Origin: Spirochaetia bacterium
Lineage (GTDB): Bacteria > Spirochaetota > Spirochaetia > DSM-2461
Length of the DNA: 64,000 bases
Assembly (NCBI GenBank): GCA_963668315.1
Contig: OY764216.1
Location: forward strand, 3,360,001 to 3,424,000
Direction of reading: 5' to 3'
Position numbers and translations under genes: made by a program. Of this stretch, positions 12,301 to 20,351 are shown piece after piece (the first letter of the stretch is position 1; each line of letters begins with the position of its first letter). The notes under the pieces were generated by a model. The model was not told the origin of the DNA. It was given only the letters and a program-made list of their open reading frames with translations, and ran no database searches.

Positions 12301-15300
12301 GGGCCGATGGTCTGGAAATCACATATGAAAGAGATAACCTGGGACGAATTGTAAAGCTCATAAAGCCGAAAGACGATGAAGAGATGGAGAACCCCGTTAT
12401 CCATGTCGATTATGACGACCAGGCCATGGCAGTCAAGCAGATAGATCCTCATAAGAATTATAATTTGTATTCTTTCAATGATCGGGGAGAATTAATCGAT
12501 ATAAGTAAGTATAACAAGAGTGATGAGAAACTACAGAAGACTTCTCTTGAACAGGATTATTTCGGCAACATATCCCAGGTAACTATCCATAAGGAAAATG
12601 GGCAAAGTAAAATCCTTAATTATTCCTATGACGGTCTGGGGCGGATAACTAATGAGAACTATAGGGAGGAAGGCCAGGAGCGTAACGTTGCTTACTCCTA
12701 TTATCCCGAGAACAATACCACCGTCAGGATAGATGAAAATAAGAATAAGCGGATCAACTATGAGGCCAGACCGGGGCTTGTTCTTGAAACGGATGAACTC
12801 TCCGAAAGTAATTACCTATTAAGAACCGTGCGAAACTATTATAATGTACGTGGGGATCTGCTCGTTTCCATAGACGGGGAAGGGAATCGAACGGAGTATT
12901 TCTATGACAGACAGGGAAACCTATACAAAACCCTTACTCCCGAAGCGACATTCTATCCTGACGGTGAAACATCTGTAACCAGCCGGATAGTCAGCAGCAA
13001 AGAGTACAATGTCCTTGGATTGGTTTCCGAAGAGAGAACAAATCTGCTTGATGGCACATTAGTTAACAGGAAAACCTATGAGTATGACAATCTAGGCCGT
13101 CTCAGCGAAGAAATCGTGTACTATTCAAACGAAGAAGCCTCCATTGAGCATTACTATGACGATCTTGACAGAGAGGTGAGAACCGTTGATGCAAGGGACA
13201 AGGAATGGAGGAAAGAGTATACCGTCCGAGGTATGATCGAGAAAGAGATCAGCCCCGCTCCTCTGGAGAATGTTACATCTTATACATATGACCTTAAGGA
13301 CAGACTTAAAACTATAACTGACGCTCGGGAAAACAGTGACCGTTATGAAGATTACAATGGGACACTGACTTACATCTATGATGAACTTGACAGACTCATT
13401 AAGGGTGAACTACCTACCCGTGCTGGGGAGGACAATAGAAATATCGTTTTTGAATATGACAGGGAAGGAAATCTCCGTTCCCGAACCGAACCTGACGGGG
13501 GTGTGACGACATATACCTACACGGAACAGAATCGGGTTAAGACGGAAACCGTAAAAGATGATTTGGCGGATGCTCCCGTTTCCTATACCACAGAATACAA
13601 ATACGATCCCGTAGGAAATCTGATTGAGAAAACGCTTCCCGATAATGTCATCGAAATATACCATTATGATGATCTGTATCGTAAGATACAGGACGAACTC
13701 CCGGAAGGCGTTAAAATCAGTTATGCCTACGATGATAATGACAACCTCAGGAAAGTCGTAAACGGAAGAGGATTTGAGCAATTCTATAGCTACGACAGTT
13801 TGAATCGCCCCATTCTTTATACTGACGAAACGGGAGAGAATTGGGTCACCGGGTACAATGCCCTCGGTAATGTGACTCGAACAATCGATCCCAATGATGT
13901 CTTGAGACGTAATCTTTTTGATGAAAGGGGGAGCTTGATCAAGGAATTCGACGGGAGAGGTCTGACGCGATCATACACTTATGACGCTATGGGAAATCTG
14001 GATAATATGACAGACGCCCGGGGAACAATAATTGATTATACGTATCGTGAGGATAACCTCCCCGTTCAGGTGGATTATATGAATGGCTTATCAACCAGAA
14101 CTCTCAATTATGAATACGATGAAGAAGGGGCACTCATCAGGGCTACCGACAACGGAATAGTGACAGAGTATAATAACTTCGATGGCTACAGGCCCGATCC
14201 GATGGGAAAGATAACCCGTAGAACGACTACCGGATATAATGATGTCTCCTACTACTATGACAAAATGGACAGGATGACCAGTCTCACAAATGGGACAGAC
14301 AGCACAATCAGTTACGAATACAATAGGGTAGGGCAGCTTAAGGCAATTCCCGGATTTATGAGCAGCATAAATTATGATGACCGCGGAAGGATGGTCGGCT
14401 ATACCTTGGATAACGGTCTTTCCATGGGCCGATCCTACGACGACAAATCCCGTTTAGAATATTTAAGCTATTCCCACAACAATCTTTCTCTCAAGAATTA
14501 CCAGTACAGTTGGGACAAGACTGATAACCTGATTGAGGAGAATGGCACTATCTATGCCTATGATGCACGGGACAGACTGGCTATGGCCATGTTCAGCATG
14601 GAAATGGATAATCAGAAAGAGACGGAAGTCGATCTTGACGATTACGGTAATACGAATTATTTCAGTAAAGCAGAGAACGATGTTATCGGGACCGGTACTC
14701 TTGAAGAGGTCGATCCCACACTATCTGATGAATTCCGCTTGGATTGGGGAGCCCGTTCTCTGGGTGTGGATATGGGGTATCCTTATTATGTGGGTAAGAT
14801 CGTCTTGAATGTAACTGATGGTATTTCCAGCAGGATATCTGAAGACACTGTCGTTCTCTATACCGCCATGAGTAATCGAAATGGTGCCTATGTTGAATGT
14901 CCTGTAAGCGATTACTTCGTAGAGTTGGAAGACGGTGTTGGCACTATCACTCTTACCCTAAAAAATCCTGTCGTGGCCCGATATGTAAAGATCAATAGTC
15001 TCTTTAATGAAAGAGACTCTACGTATAAAGCTTTCGATAACTCAACTCTTGGGTTAGATGACATTAAGCCGTTGACAGTGTATAAACTGGAAGGAGGAGC
15101 TCACAACGAATTCTATGTATATGATGACAAAGGGAACCGTACCCGTAAAACCCTTATGGAAACAACCATGGAAACATCAGTATACATTTACTATGACAAC
15201 AGCGACTGGTTGATGGCTGACGGTACCTATGGTTATAAGTATGATGAAAACGGGAATCTGATAGAAAAGGGAACGAATTATATCGTATCCGACGATAGTG

Positions 15301-16643
15301 TTACCATCGCACGTAGCGGTGAATGCTGGGTTTACACTTATGATCTCCGTAACCGACTGGAGAAGGTGGAGATCTGGGATGAAACAAGTCAAGCCTTGAC
15401 GACACGGGCTAGCTACGTTTATGATACTGACGGTTACCGGATTGAAAAACGAATAGGTGAAGGAACAGACGAAGTTATTACTAATTATGTCTTTGATTTA
15501 TCCGGAAACATGATTGAGGAGACAGAGAACGGGGTATCTACCCAGTATGTGTTTATGGGCAATTCTCACATCGCTAAAATCAATAATAATGGTACTCATG
15601 AATATTTCGGAACGAACCATCTGGGGAGTACAACGCTTCTCATAGCTCAGGATGGAACTCCGATCATCAATGATGAAACGAATCCTTTCGGCGACCATGA
15701 GAATAAGAATATCTTTTATACAGGAAAGCAGTGGGATGAAGACGCTCAGCTGTATTACTTCAATGCAAGGTGGTATGATGCGGATACGGGGAGATTTATC
15801 ACAGAGGATCCGGTAAGGGACGGCCTATTGTGGTATGCCTATGCCAATAATAACCCCATGAAGTTTACTGATCCGACGGGAATGAGGTTATCCGATCCGA
15901 GTGGTCCTCTAGATGATCATGATAGGGGTGTAAATACGAATCCGGGCTCTTCCAAGAAGGCAGAGAGCAGCTCTGGGAGTGGTTCAAATTATTTTGGTTC
16001 GGGTTCAAAACCTGGAACTAATACCGGTAATGACGATCACGATTCAAAAGTCCCCATGTCTACTCCGCAAGAATATGATGTAATTCCCAAAATCCAGACA
16101 GTGAATACAGGGAATATAATAACTGATGTTCTCCTAGGGGGATTGGCTGGGTTATTTAACACAGCGTCAACTGCAATCAATATGGTCCCCAATACCTTTG
16201 GTGCAGTTGATAGAGGACTTACAATTGTTGACGATGCCATTCCCGATGAGTATTCATTGACAGGAATGGGGCTTAAAGAGGATTTAATTGCAGCAGGTGT
16301 TGCATCTATGGTTCTTGCTCCTGAGTTAGCTCTTGCTAAAACAAATACTCGCTTGTTACTTGGCAAGGGGGAGATTCCTGGAGCATACCTTGGGACAAAA
16401 GCTCCTAAACAAGTTACTCCAGGAACTAGAACATTAAATGGGCAATATGTAAATGATAGAGGTAGAGTAGAACCTTGGACAGCACATTATGATGAATATG
16501 GTCGGAATATAGCTCGAACTGATTTTAATGCAGGAAACAAGACTCAAGGAATTCCAGATACTCATTATCACACTTATGAATGGGGGCCAGGAAAGACTCC
16601 GTTAGAAACAGGAAGCCATATACCAGGAGAATATAAACCATGA
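6348..16643 (+). CDS. Secreted RHS/YD-repeat polymorphic toxin: signal peptide, discoidin/Ig/Fn3-like N-terminal region, RHS core, C-terminal toxin CT1
   Basis: ATG at 6348 follows GGGAGAG and gives a Sec-type signal peptide (MNKHIVKLASIISFGLFSLNLSA-Q). Many YD repeats. Canonical core 'FYTGKQWDEDAQLYYFNARWYDADTGRFITEDP...YANNNPMKFTDPTG' followed by a divergent tip. Confidence 0.93.
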   Translation: MNKHIVKLASIISFGLFSLNLSAQNLPQNILDTLNNQANLGVARLSDMEYSPNIQIGHPAEYLLDGNSDTWYGLTNMASQGWVRLVFEEEVYLEGIRVNGIIPDDVLISLETTRDMESVTFPAGYIVDAGTDYLLDLSRERLISDNVLIRISGSDLSKIQINEIELITRPENGELHKKDLVPREMTYSKKELNDNYTMVDGKIGTVWHNQNRGFGSMIYWLYQNVIQGQFHSNDKWRKVDEIIYDVTNPGYMETLKFYLTDSASGTLKLDILTGEEWQPVGNYQLSGMQGWQNLSLEEYGEIGALKLTMEDPSKPWQPGNYGGIGEIELWGRTNPERLYLKDLISPAAPYGNHDALFSLPDYGTRDFSFEIVTAGANVEAPQVFLNGYNLNDVRCQEYDGFDVWEVDAPDHLLKEIDNSLKLEPSFDTRILSAHLISPENRGLLISEGSLSDGRRYSGRATSVDPMLIELLDGQAEMEEIILYFNEQAPGNLYIQDGGTDHYLNPITDSNGERSYGGREFLEKLGLDGLFDLQEIEVKGSRNQIVNPYIELLFPLQDVELPQHVTYHYKVIGITDVPDGEITVNGIPAQVRDNFFWVEMRDLNIREAGENLIEAKVKHPNGNEAVDKALIHIESDSNNITIDQEDRLYTTIDPTFRISGRISGYERDLRINGVPLSVPNHRRFSYDFPLDMGLNLIEIELMSLDGDRVLVRQMRQAYRQEAEPSLSIIFPTDSSMTNKDFIDVSGTVSPWGLESLTVNGFDAAINNGTFFLDSLPLDDVIKPIRVQATYETGVVVEKTVWVEKDQQAPVISDVAPAPGTMVGDSHVEITGTVSEENDVTVFVNGIVAPVTGNWFSLVVPLPLGGNNEIRISAQDEAGNHTDWPVFMIYKDIFGPLPFDVTVTPATWTNDRRPVIEFQTTDADIGLRDYAVSVNGGDFVTQESPNMLPYLPDGKIEITVRAYDLFGNWTDSTAYAFIDTTPPDEPENFRVVPGKDRVLLRWEETDEETQAYVIGQVGSEEAITVTRDDFLSQEEGVLFFEKAIERLEPGQTYEFYIKAVDWAGNVGRTYVKSITTSEVTVDLESNGTSLLEYDGLVLYIPQGSLPDVVDKVLMREIEDEIISDQSVFPLVSPIYSFSVGNDEGEEEDHVVFDKPYVGQITYKESPDWGDISEQRLAVYYYDDEWCRWFITDQNIVDPETNTITFMTDHFTDFSVQPTSQDEIEYNQLKGIEYPLTSESITHTPISVSAQGGGASTAMTEFSLPGKNGLDLVLRRTYSSTVADSDCANLPMNSIGLSDTAYLETSNTELSVNPITGLIQETPTSSAENNARQVLDEYLSNSTELIKSWSSSLHRQAMYKRGELSYALGQGWRLDFPYVRFQNASVNIYIPEYGFISTEELKRVGKNNTGNITYTDSLEGKCEVTLIRKKITNTESNSQHSTRYKLTNIHVYTKDGKHYEFLNTGQISQISDQYKIGEEKANQISFKYNDEDLTLRRIVDTMDRSIFFTYYDEEEYSKFLPVIKHIAVFDKIQAPDSDVLILTNEQAENSDFFVTYNYDIDQEDSAGLPLLLNSEDVQGRIWSYEYGEMYLKSKYKNDSMKDNDGKQISFYPNKTKSRFIYPLISMEGPGIGHERISYGKAWTVDENGFSSLNIENSYRAIGNKYELMDSTEILAVHKVETLDETGYIQKTTDYSYSIDKEGWIRQTTKIDGRLKEIFNFSQIKFKIDQPNTSSLFGLIRHTNIFDIKNVMQTSKKTYLPRNEDYVLTQQKSTAYYTYQRLPRTETTIYGPNLDSPSLKTSYTYDGWGNPTEIVTEEMNKYYTSKEMVYNWYSQDQEDPEGLTKTDSPEEVGSSELNGRIRDRLLRSYRSVTTTGEVERVELPEERVYQYNAEGSLIAQAERIGRDLVSAGNPKWSITLYGYNDHGELIKITNPREHITKIDYDYSHGDYDLVTTEELNVPDEMGNEALRTSYVQKDKLCGWVTKEIRADGLEITYERDNLGRIVKLIKPKDDEEMENPVIHVDYDDQAMAVKQIDPHKNYNLYSFNDRGELIDISKYNKSDEKLQKTSLEQDYFGNISQVTIHKENGQSKILNYSYDGLGRITNENYREEGQERNVAYSYYPENNTTVRIDENKNKRINYEARPGLVLETDELSESNYLLRTVRNYYNVRGDLLVSIDGEGNRTEYFYDRQGNLYKTLTPEATFYPDGETSVTSRIVSSKEYNVLGLVSEERTNLLDGTLVNRKTYEYDNLGRLSEEIVYYSNEEASIEHYYDDLDREVRTVDARDKEWRKEYTVRGMIEKEISPAPLENVTSYTYDLKDRLKTITDARENSDRYEDYNGTLTYIYDELDRLIKGELPTRAGEDNRNIVFEYDREGNLRSRTEPDGGVTTYTYTEQNRVKTETVKDDLADAPVSYTTEYKYDPVGNLIEKTLPDNVIEIYHYDDLYRKIQDELPEGVKISYAYDDNDNLRKVVNGRGFEQFYSYDSLNRPILYTDETGENWVTGYNALGNVTRTIDPNDVLRRNLFDERGSLIKEFDGRGLTRSYTYDAMGNLDNMTDARGTIIDYTYREDNLPVQVDYMNGLSTRTLNYEYDEEGALIRATDNGIVTEYNNFDGYRPDPMGKITRRTTTGYNDVSYYYDKMDRMTSLTNGTDSTISYEYNRVGQLKAIPGFMSSINYDDRGRMVGYTLDNGLSMGRSYDDKSRLEYLSYSHNNLSLKNYQYSWDKTDNLIEENGTIYAYDARDRLAMAMFSMEMDNQKETEVDLDDYGNTNYFSKAENDVIGTGTLEEVDPTLSDEFRLDWGARSLGVDMGYPYYVGKIVLNVTDGISSRISEDTVVLYTAMSNRNGAYVECPVSDYFVELEDGVGTITLTLKNPVVARYVKINSLFNERDSTYKAFDNSTLGLDDIKPLTVYKLEGGAHNEFYVYDDKGNRTRKTLMETTMETSVYIYYDNSDWLMADGTYGYKYDENGNLIEKGTNYIVSDDSVTIARSGECWVYTYDLRNRLEKVEIWDETSQALTTRASYVYDTDGYRIEKRIGEGTDEVITNYVFDLSGNMIEETENGVSTQYVFMGNSHIAKINNNGTHEYFGTNHLGSTTLLIAQDGTPIINDETNPFGDHENKNIFYTGKQWDEDAQLYYFNARWYDADTGRFITEDPVRDGLLWYAYANNNPMKFTDPTGMRLSDPSGPLDDHDRGVNTNPGSSKKAESSSGSGSNYFGSGSKPGTNTGNDDHDSKVPMSTPQEYDVIPKIQTVNTGNIITDVLLGGLAGLFNTASTAINMVPNTFGAVDRGLTIVDDAIPDEYSLTGMGLKEDLIAAGVASMVLAPELALAKTNTRLLLGKGEIPGAYLGTKAPKQVTPGTRTLNGQYVNDRGRVEPWTAHYDEYGRNIARTDFNAGNKTQGIPDTHYHTYEWGPGKTPLETGSHIPGEYKP

Positions 16644-16972
16644 TAATAGACGAAATACAGAGAAAAAATAAATCTTATTCTTATATTCAGAATTTTTCAT
16701 TAACCCGAAAAATAGATGATGAAGGTGCTACTCCATATGTACTCGATTTAGCACTATGTGAATTTCCAAATTATGGAGACACACTTCTACATCTCCAGTT
16801 CAGCGGTGTTCTTGATATAAAAATAGATACTCTTGATGGTCTGTACAATGTTATTTTGAGTATTGATGATATTTCCGCAAATCAAATGGAAGGAATAAAC
16901 TATCGCGTGGTTGATGTTTCAGGAAATAATCTTTCATTTTTATGTCGGGAAATTGAAATTATTCATAAGTAA
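16640..16972 (+). CDS. Cognate immunity protein for CT1 (cytoplasmic, Imm50-like by eye)
   Basis: ATGA overlap with the rhs stop codon. 110 aa, AT-rich, no signal peptide, with an 'L-x-F-x-G-V...F-x-C-x-x-I' pattern. Confidence 0.75.
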   Translation: MIIDEIQRKNKSYSYIQNFSLTRKIDDEGATPYVLDLALCEFPNYGDTLLHLQFSGVLDIKIDTLDGLYNVILSIDDISANQMEGINYRVVDVSGNNLSFLCREIEIIHK

Positions 16973-17005
16973 TTGTAACGAATTCGGTCAAAGGATGATT
17001 AAGGT

Positions 17006-17038
17006 TCGCATCTGGCGGCGGCTCTCCTCCGGTTCACC
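17006..17038. repeat. Structured repeat A, copy 1 (5' part only)
   Basis: GGCGGCGGCTCTCCTCCGGTTCACC (17014-17038) matches GGCGGCGGCTCCCCTCCGGTTCACC in the 38368-38522 copy with one mismatch. Confidence 0.75.
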
Positions 17039-17059
17039 GATTCTAATGACGATTAAATG

Positions 17060-17087
17060 GCCGTCCTATTCGTGGGGCGGCTTTTTT
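17060..17087 (+). terminator. Intrinsic terminator
   Basis: GCCGTCC/GGGCGGC stem followed by T6. Confidence 0.65.
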
Positions 17088-17100
17088 GTATAATCAACTG

Positions 17101-17322
17101 ATGACCCGATTAAAACTTCGGTGTAGGAAAAGAGCATTTCTCTCCCGTATAGCAATCATTCATGCACGACTCTTTCCTCCTAAGCCCTACGTTGAAGAGC
17201 GTTGGGTAAATAGGCGTGGAGAGCTCGTAGAGAAGTATATTCAACCCTGCACGACCTGGCCGGTGTTTACGGCAAAGGGGTGCATCCGAAAAGTGGAGGA
17301 GCAATTCGATGAGAAAAACTAA
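17101..17322 (+). CDS. Small basic hypothetical protein
   Basis: ORF from ATG 17101 overlaps the next small ORF. No recognisable motif. Confidence 0.35.
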   Translation: MTRLKLRCRKRAFLSRIAIIHARLFPPKPYVEERWVNRRGELVEKYIQPCTTWPVFTAKGCIRKVEEQFDEKN

Positions 17323-17476
17323 AACCGAACGTCTTATAGCTCATTATGAAAAGCAGAAGCGAGGTGCACGTAAACGAACCCTGATTCGCACCTTTGAGCA
17401 GGACGGGAAGACCTATGAGGAATATCAAGTATCTCGCTGGCCATATCCATATAGGGAGACCGTTGAAGTAAGATAG
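17309..17476 (+). CDS. Small basic hypothetical protein, 55 aa (MRKTKTERLIAHYEKQKRG...), not in the ORF track
   Basis: Manual translation. GGAGGA ribosome-binding site upstream of ATG 17309; TAG ends at 17476. Confidence 0.5.
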   Translation: MRKTKTERLIAHYEKQKRGARKRTLIRTFEQDGKTYEEYQVSRWPYPYRETVEVR

Positions 17477-17590
17477 GGGGTACGGTAAATTTCCTGAGAG
17501 CTCCGACCGGAGGGCCGGTTTTGCGTGTGCTGACCCGGAGCGACTATAATACAGAAACTGACCTTAAGGAGTTTCATGTGAACGCCATAT

Positions 17591-17622
17591 GACCGCCCTT
17601 CGATTCGTTGGGCGGTCTTTTT
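17591..17622 (+). terminator. Intrinsic terminator, similar to the one at 17060
   Basis: GACCGCCC/GGGCGGTC stem followed by T5. Both terminators are followed by GTATA. Confidence 0.65.
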
Positions 17623-17662
17623 GTATACCAGCCTTGTATGTCTTCGGGGCTGGTGCAGGAAA

Positions 17663-17905
17663 TCATCTATATACTATTGCATCTCCATATTTTCTTTCCA
17701 AATCGGCTACGAGCCTGTCATAATCATAAAAGCCTTTATTACGCAGTACGCGCGTCATAATCGTTGATACTGCGCCCTTACTAAGATGCTCTACTTCCAT
17801 GGCTGATGCTGTGGCATAAACGAGTTCTGTAACAGCATCAACGTCTTTCCTTGACCATTCATCGCTGATGTATTGGCGGAAAGCTTTTTCTAAATCATTA
17901 TTCAT
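17663..17905 (-). CDS. Hypothetical protein, divergent from rep
   Basis: GGAGGA ribosome-binding site before the ATG of MNNDLEK; helical-looking 80-aa protein. Confidence 0.55.
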   Translation of the reverse strand: MNNDLEKAFRQYISDEWSRKDVDAVTELVYATASAMEVEHLSKGAVSTIMTRVLRNKGFYDYDRLVADLERKYGDAIVYR

Positions 17906-18073
17906 ACGAATCTCCTCCAAATAGGTTCAATACTAATAGTGGGTAAACTGTAACAGAGTAATCCCAGCCTCCTATAACAGTGCAAAGTATTTTATTTTAC
18001 TTTTTTTCTGAAAATATGCTCTTTTCCAGTAAATACAAGTAGAGACATATGAAATATCTCTGGAGGTTAATTC

Positions 18074-19126
18074 ATGAATTTGTGGTATGAGCAGTCTCTA
18101 ACTGGACCAAATACACAGAAGATTTACACGTTCTATGATGTGGAACATCGAGTTCCTTTGAATGAGATTGTCAGGGTGAAAGAGTACAAGGAATCACGGC
18201 CAATTTCGGTAGAGAAGGACTATGCTCCTCAATACGGCCTGATGAATCCGAATACAAAACGATTTGTAAATATGATCTGCGTAGACGTGGACTCGGAGGA
18301 ATATTGGGAAAACCTACATTGGTCAAATTACCCAGAAGAAAATGCCATGTGCTTGAACCCTAAAAAGAAAAGCTTTCATGTCTTCTATCGTCTGAAAGAC
18401 CCTGTCTATATTTCAGGCAATAGGAGTGCAGCTGAGAAGAAGCTGGAATTAACAGTGAAGGGCCTGGATCGGACTCTTTGGGGGGATAAGGCATATAACC
18501 ACCAGTTTGCTAAAAATCCTTATTCCGGTGAACATGAAGTGTATCTTTGTGGTGATCCTACACTGACCTACACTCTGGATGAATTGTTGGATCATGTTCC
18601 TGATAAAATATTGGATGAGATTCTTGAAGAACATCAGAAGCGCTACTTGAAGAATGATGTCGAGAATGAGTATTTTCCAATACAGGGAGAGAGACATAAA
18701 TGGCTATTCGATGAAGCTCGTAAGACCCTCTATCAGGATTGGATTAGGTTTAGCCATCTACAAAAAGAACACCTATGGATAGAGCATTGTCTGGAAGTAA
18801 CTCAGCAGATTCATGATAGTGAGCTAGAGAATACTCCTCTACCTTATTCAGAGATAAAGGGTATAGCTTATGATATTAACAAATTCATACAAAAGATATT
18901 TACAACTAAGAGTCAGTATGTGAAACGAACCCATACCTCTGAGATTCAACGAGAACGGGGGCAGAGAGGAGGTGCCAAATCAGGAGAGGTGAGAGGTCAG
19001 TCGGCTAAGGAAAAGCAAGCACTGGTCCTTCTGTACCGTCAGGAGTATCCTGACGCTTCTATTCGGGATATTGTTGAGGCTACCGGATTCTCCAAGTCAG
19101 CTATCCAGAGATATCTGAAAGGATAA
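18074..19126 (+). CDS. rep: Plasmid-type replication initiator (ColE2/pAL5000-like replicase, PriCT-like region, C-terminal HTH)
   Basis: Motifs 'ICVDVD', 'NPKKKSFHVFYRL', 'GDKAYNHQFAKNP', 'PLPYSEIKGIA', 'QRERGQRGGAKSGEVR' and HTH 'SIRDIVEATGFSKSAIQRYL'. GGAGG ribosome-binding site. Confidence 0.8.
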   Translation: MNLWYEQSLTGPNTQKIYTFYDVEHRVPLNEIVRVKEYKESRPISVEKDYAPQYGLMNPNTKRFVNMICVDVDSEEYWENLHWSNYPEENAMCLNPKKKSFHVFYRLKDPVYISGNRSAAEKKLELTVKGLDRTLWGDKAYNHQFAKNPYSGEHEVYLCGDPTLTYTLDELLDHVPDKILDEILEEHQKRYLKNDVENEYFPIQGERHKWLFDEARKTLYQDWIRFSHLQKEHLWIEHCLEVTQQIHDSELENTPLPYSEIKGIAYDINKFIQKIFTTKSQYVKRTHTSEIQRERGQRGGAKSGEVRGQSAKEKQALVLLYRQEYPDASIRDIVEATGFSKSAIQRYLKG

Positions 19127-19200
19127 GCTTGGTGTTGTTGAATCACACATTATCCTGACCAAAACTTCCAGATTATTCTGGAATCCAAATTATTTTAACA

Positions 19201-19219
19201 GCTTCCCCGAAAGGGAAGC
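19201..19219. terminator. Hairpin at the end of the transposon operon
   Basis: GCTTCCC-CGAAA-GGGAAGC just downstream of the 19228 stop codon; U-tract is weak. Confidence 0.4.
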
Positions 19220-19227
19220 CATAAATC

Positions 19228-19533
19228 TTAGAACGGCAAACTTAACTGTCCGTCAAAATCCGCATCAGGATCAAGAGAAAGTTCATCCCACTCCTTCTCA
19301 AGTATCTCCTCAATTACCGGTACAGAGACCTTTCCATAATAGAGAGCTCTCTCACAGGCTGCCTCCATTCTCACCGGCGAGACCTTAAACGTCAGATCCA
19401 AAAACCGACTGACCTCTTCATATTTCTCATGGCACCACCTACCCCACAACATATAGGCTACCTGCCTGGTTTTCTCCATGAAAAGATAAGTTTCAGGAGG
19501 AGTAAAGCGAAAAAAAGTTTTCCCATTATCCAT
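19228..19533 (-). CDS. Small transposon protein resembling the C-terminal helical domain of IS21-type IstA
   Basis: 'RMEAACERALYYG...IEEILEKEWD' pattern. GGAGG ribosome-binding site. Confidence 0.5.
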   Translation of the reverse strand: MDNGKTFFRFTPPETYLFMEKTRQVAYMLWGRWCHEKYEEVSRFLDLTFKVSPVRMEAACERALYYGKVSVPVIEEILEKEWDELSLDPDADFDGQLSLPF

Positions 19534-19547
19534 ACGGCTTCCTCCTG

Positions 19548-20351
19548 TTAGATGATTTCGGTCTGAGCGATGCGAACATGTTCCGCGGAAACGAGCTGAC
19601 TTTTTTCTTTCGCCGCCGCCATCATAGCTCCCCTGGCGATGGTGTTAGCCCGTCTTAGAAGTCCTCCCGATGTTTGATGGATAGCAAGAATGGCTTCATC
19701 TGCGAATAGGGGCTTCTCCATCCCGGCCAGATGAAGATGATGTTCCAGGTATCCTTTCATATGCTTCAGATTCAGACTGTCCAAATGGGAGCGCCCCACG
19801 ATACGCGATGCCAGGGGTTTGGCGGAAATAGCCATGAGTTTGTCTATGAGCCCGTCCTGCCCGCAGAGAATTATGGGCATAATCGGGTTTGAATCAAAAT
19901 CAAACTGACAGAGAGTATGAAGCTGGTTGAAGACCTTGGACTTAAGAAGATGGGCTTCATCTATAACGAGAATGGGGACTTTTTTCTTTGAAGCAATGTC
20001 TTTTATGATATCCCGGACATTTTTCATCGCGATAGCCAGCTGAAATGAACGGTACTCCTCCCCAAACTCCATAAGAAACTGCCGTAAAAGCTCCATCATA
20101 CTGCCCGATGTAGCGACCAGCGAGATAATCTTGTACTTCCCCGGGTGGAACTTACTACACGCCAATCTCAGAGATGTGGATTTCCCGGATCCTACTTCCC
20201 CAGTGATGAGAGAGATAGCTCCCAGCTTTACGGCGTATTCAAATCTGTCCAAAAGGGGCGGTAGTCCAGGCAGCATATAGAGATCATCCAATTTGATTTT
20301 CTGAGAATAGGGCTCCTGTGTTAATCCGTAAAAATGCTTTATATCAATCAT
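19548..20351 (-). CDS. ExeA/TniB-like AAA ATPase (transposition helper)
   Basis: Walker A GEVGSGKST and Walker B LVIDEAH, plus 'IILCGQ'; overlaps the integrase gene. Confidence 0.88.
   Translation of the reverse strand: MIDIKHFYGLTQEPYSQKIKLDDLYMLPGLPPLLDRFEYAVKLGAISLITGEVGSGKSTSLRLACSKFHPGKYKIISLVATSGSMMELLRQFLMEFGEEYRSFQLAIAMKNVRDIIKDIASKKKVPILVIDEAHLLKSKVFNQLHTLCQFDFDSNPIMPIILCGQDGLIDKLMAISAKPLASRIVGRSHLDSLNLKHMKGYLEHHLHLAGMEKPLFADEAILAIHQTSGGLLRRANTIARGAMMAAAKEKSQLVSAEHVRIAQTEII

Noticed and set aside
19548..20351. ExeA as part of the T2SS
   Set aside because: It lies within terminal inverted repeats, coupled to a DDE integrase and 20 kb from the gsp operon; it is better explained as a transposition ATPase.
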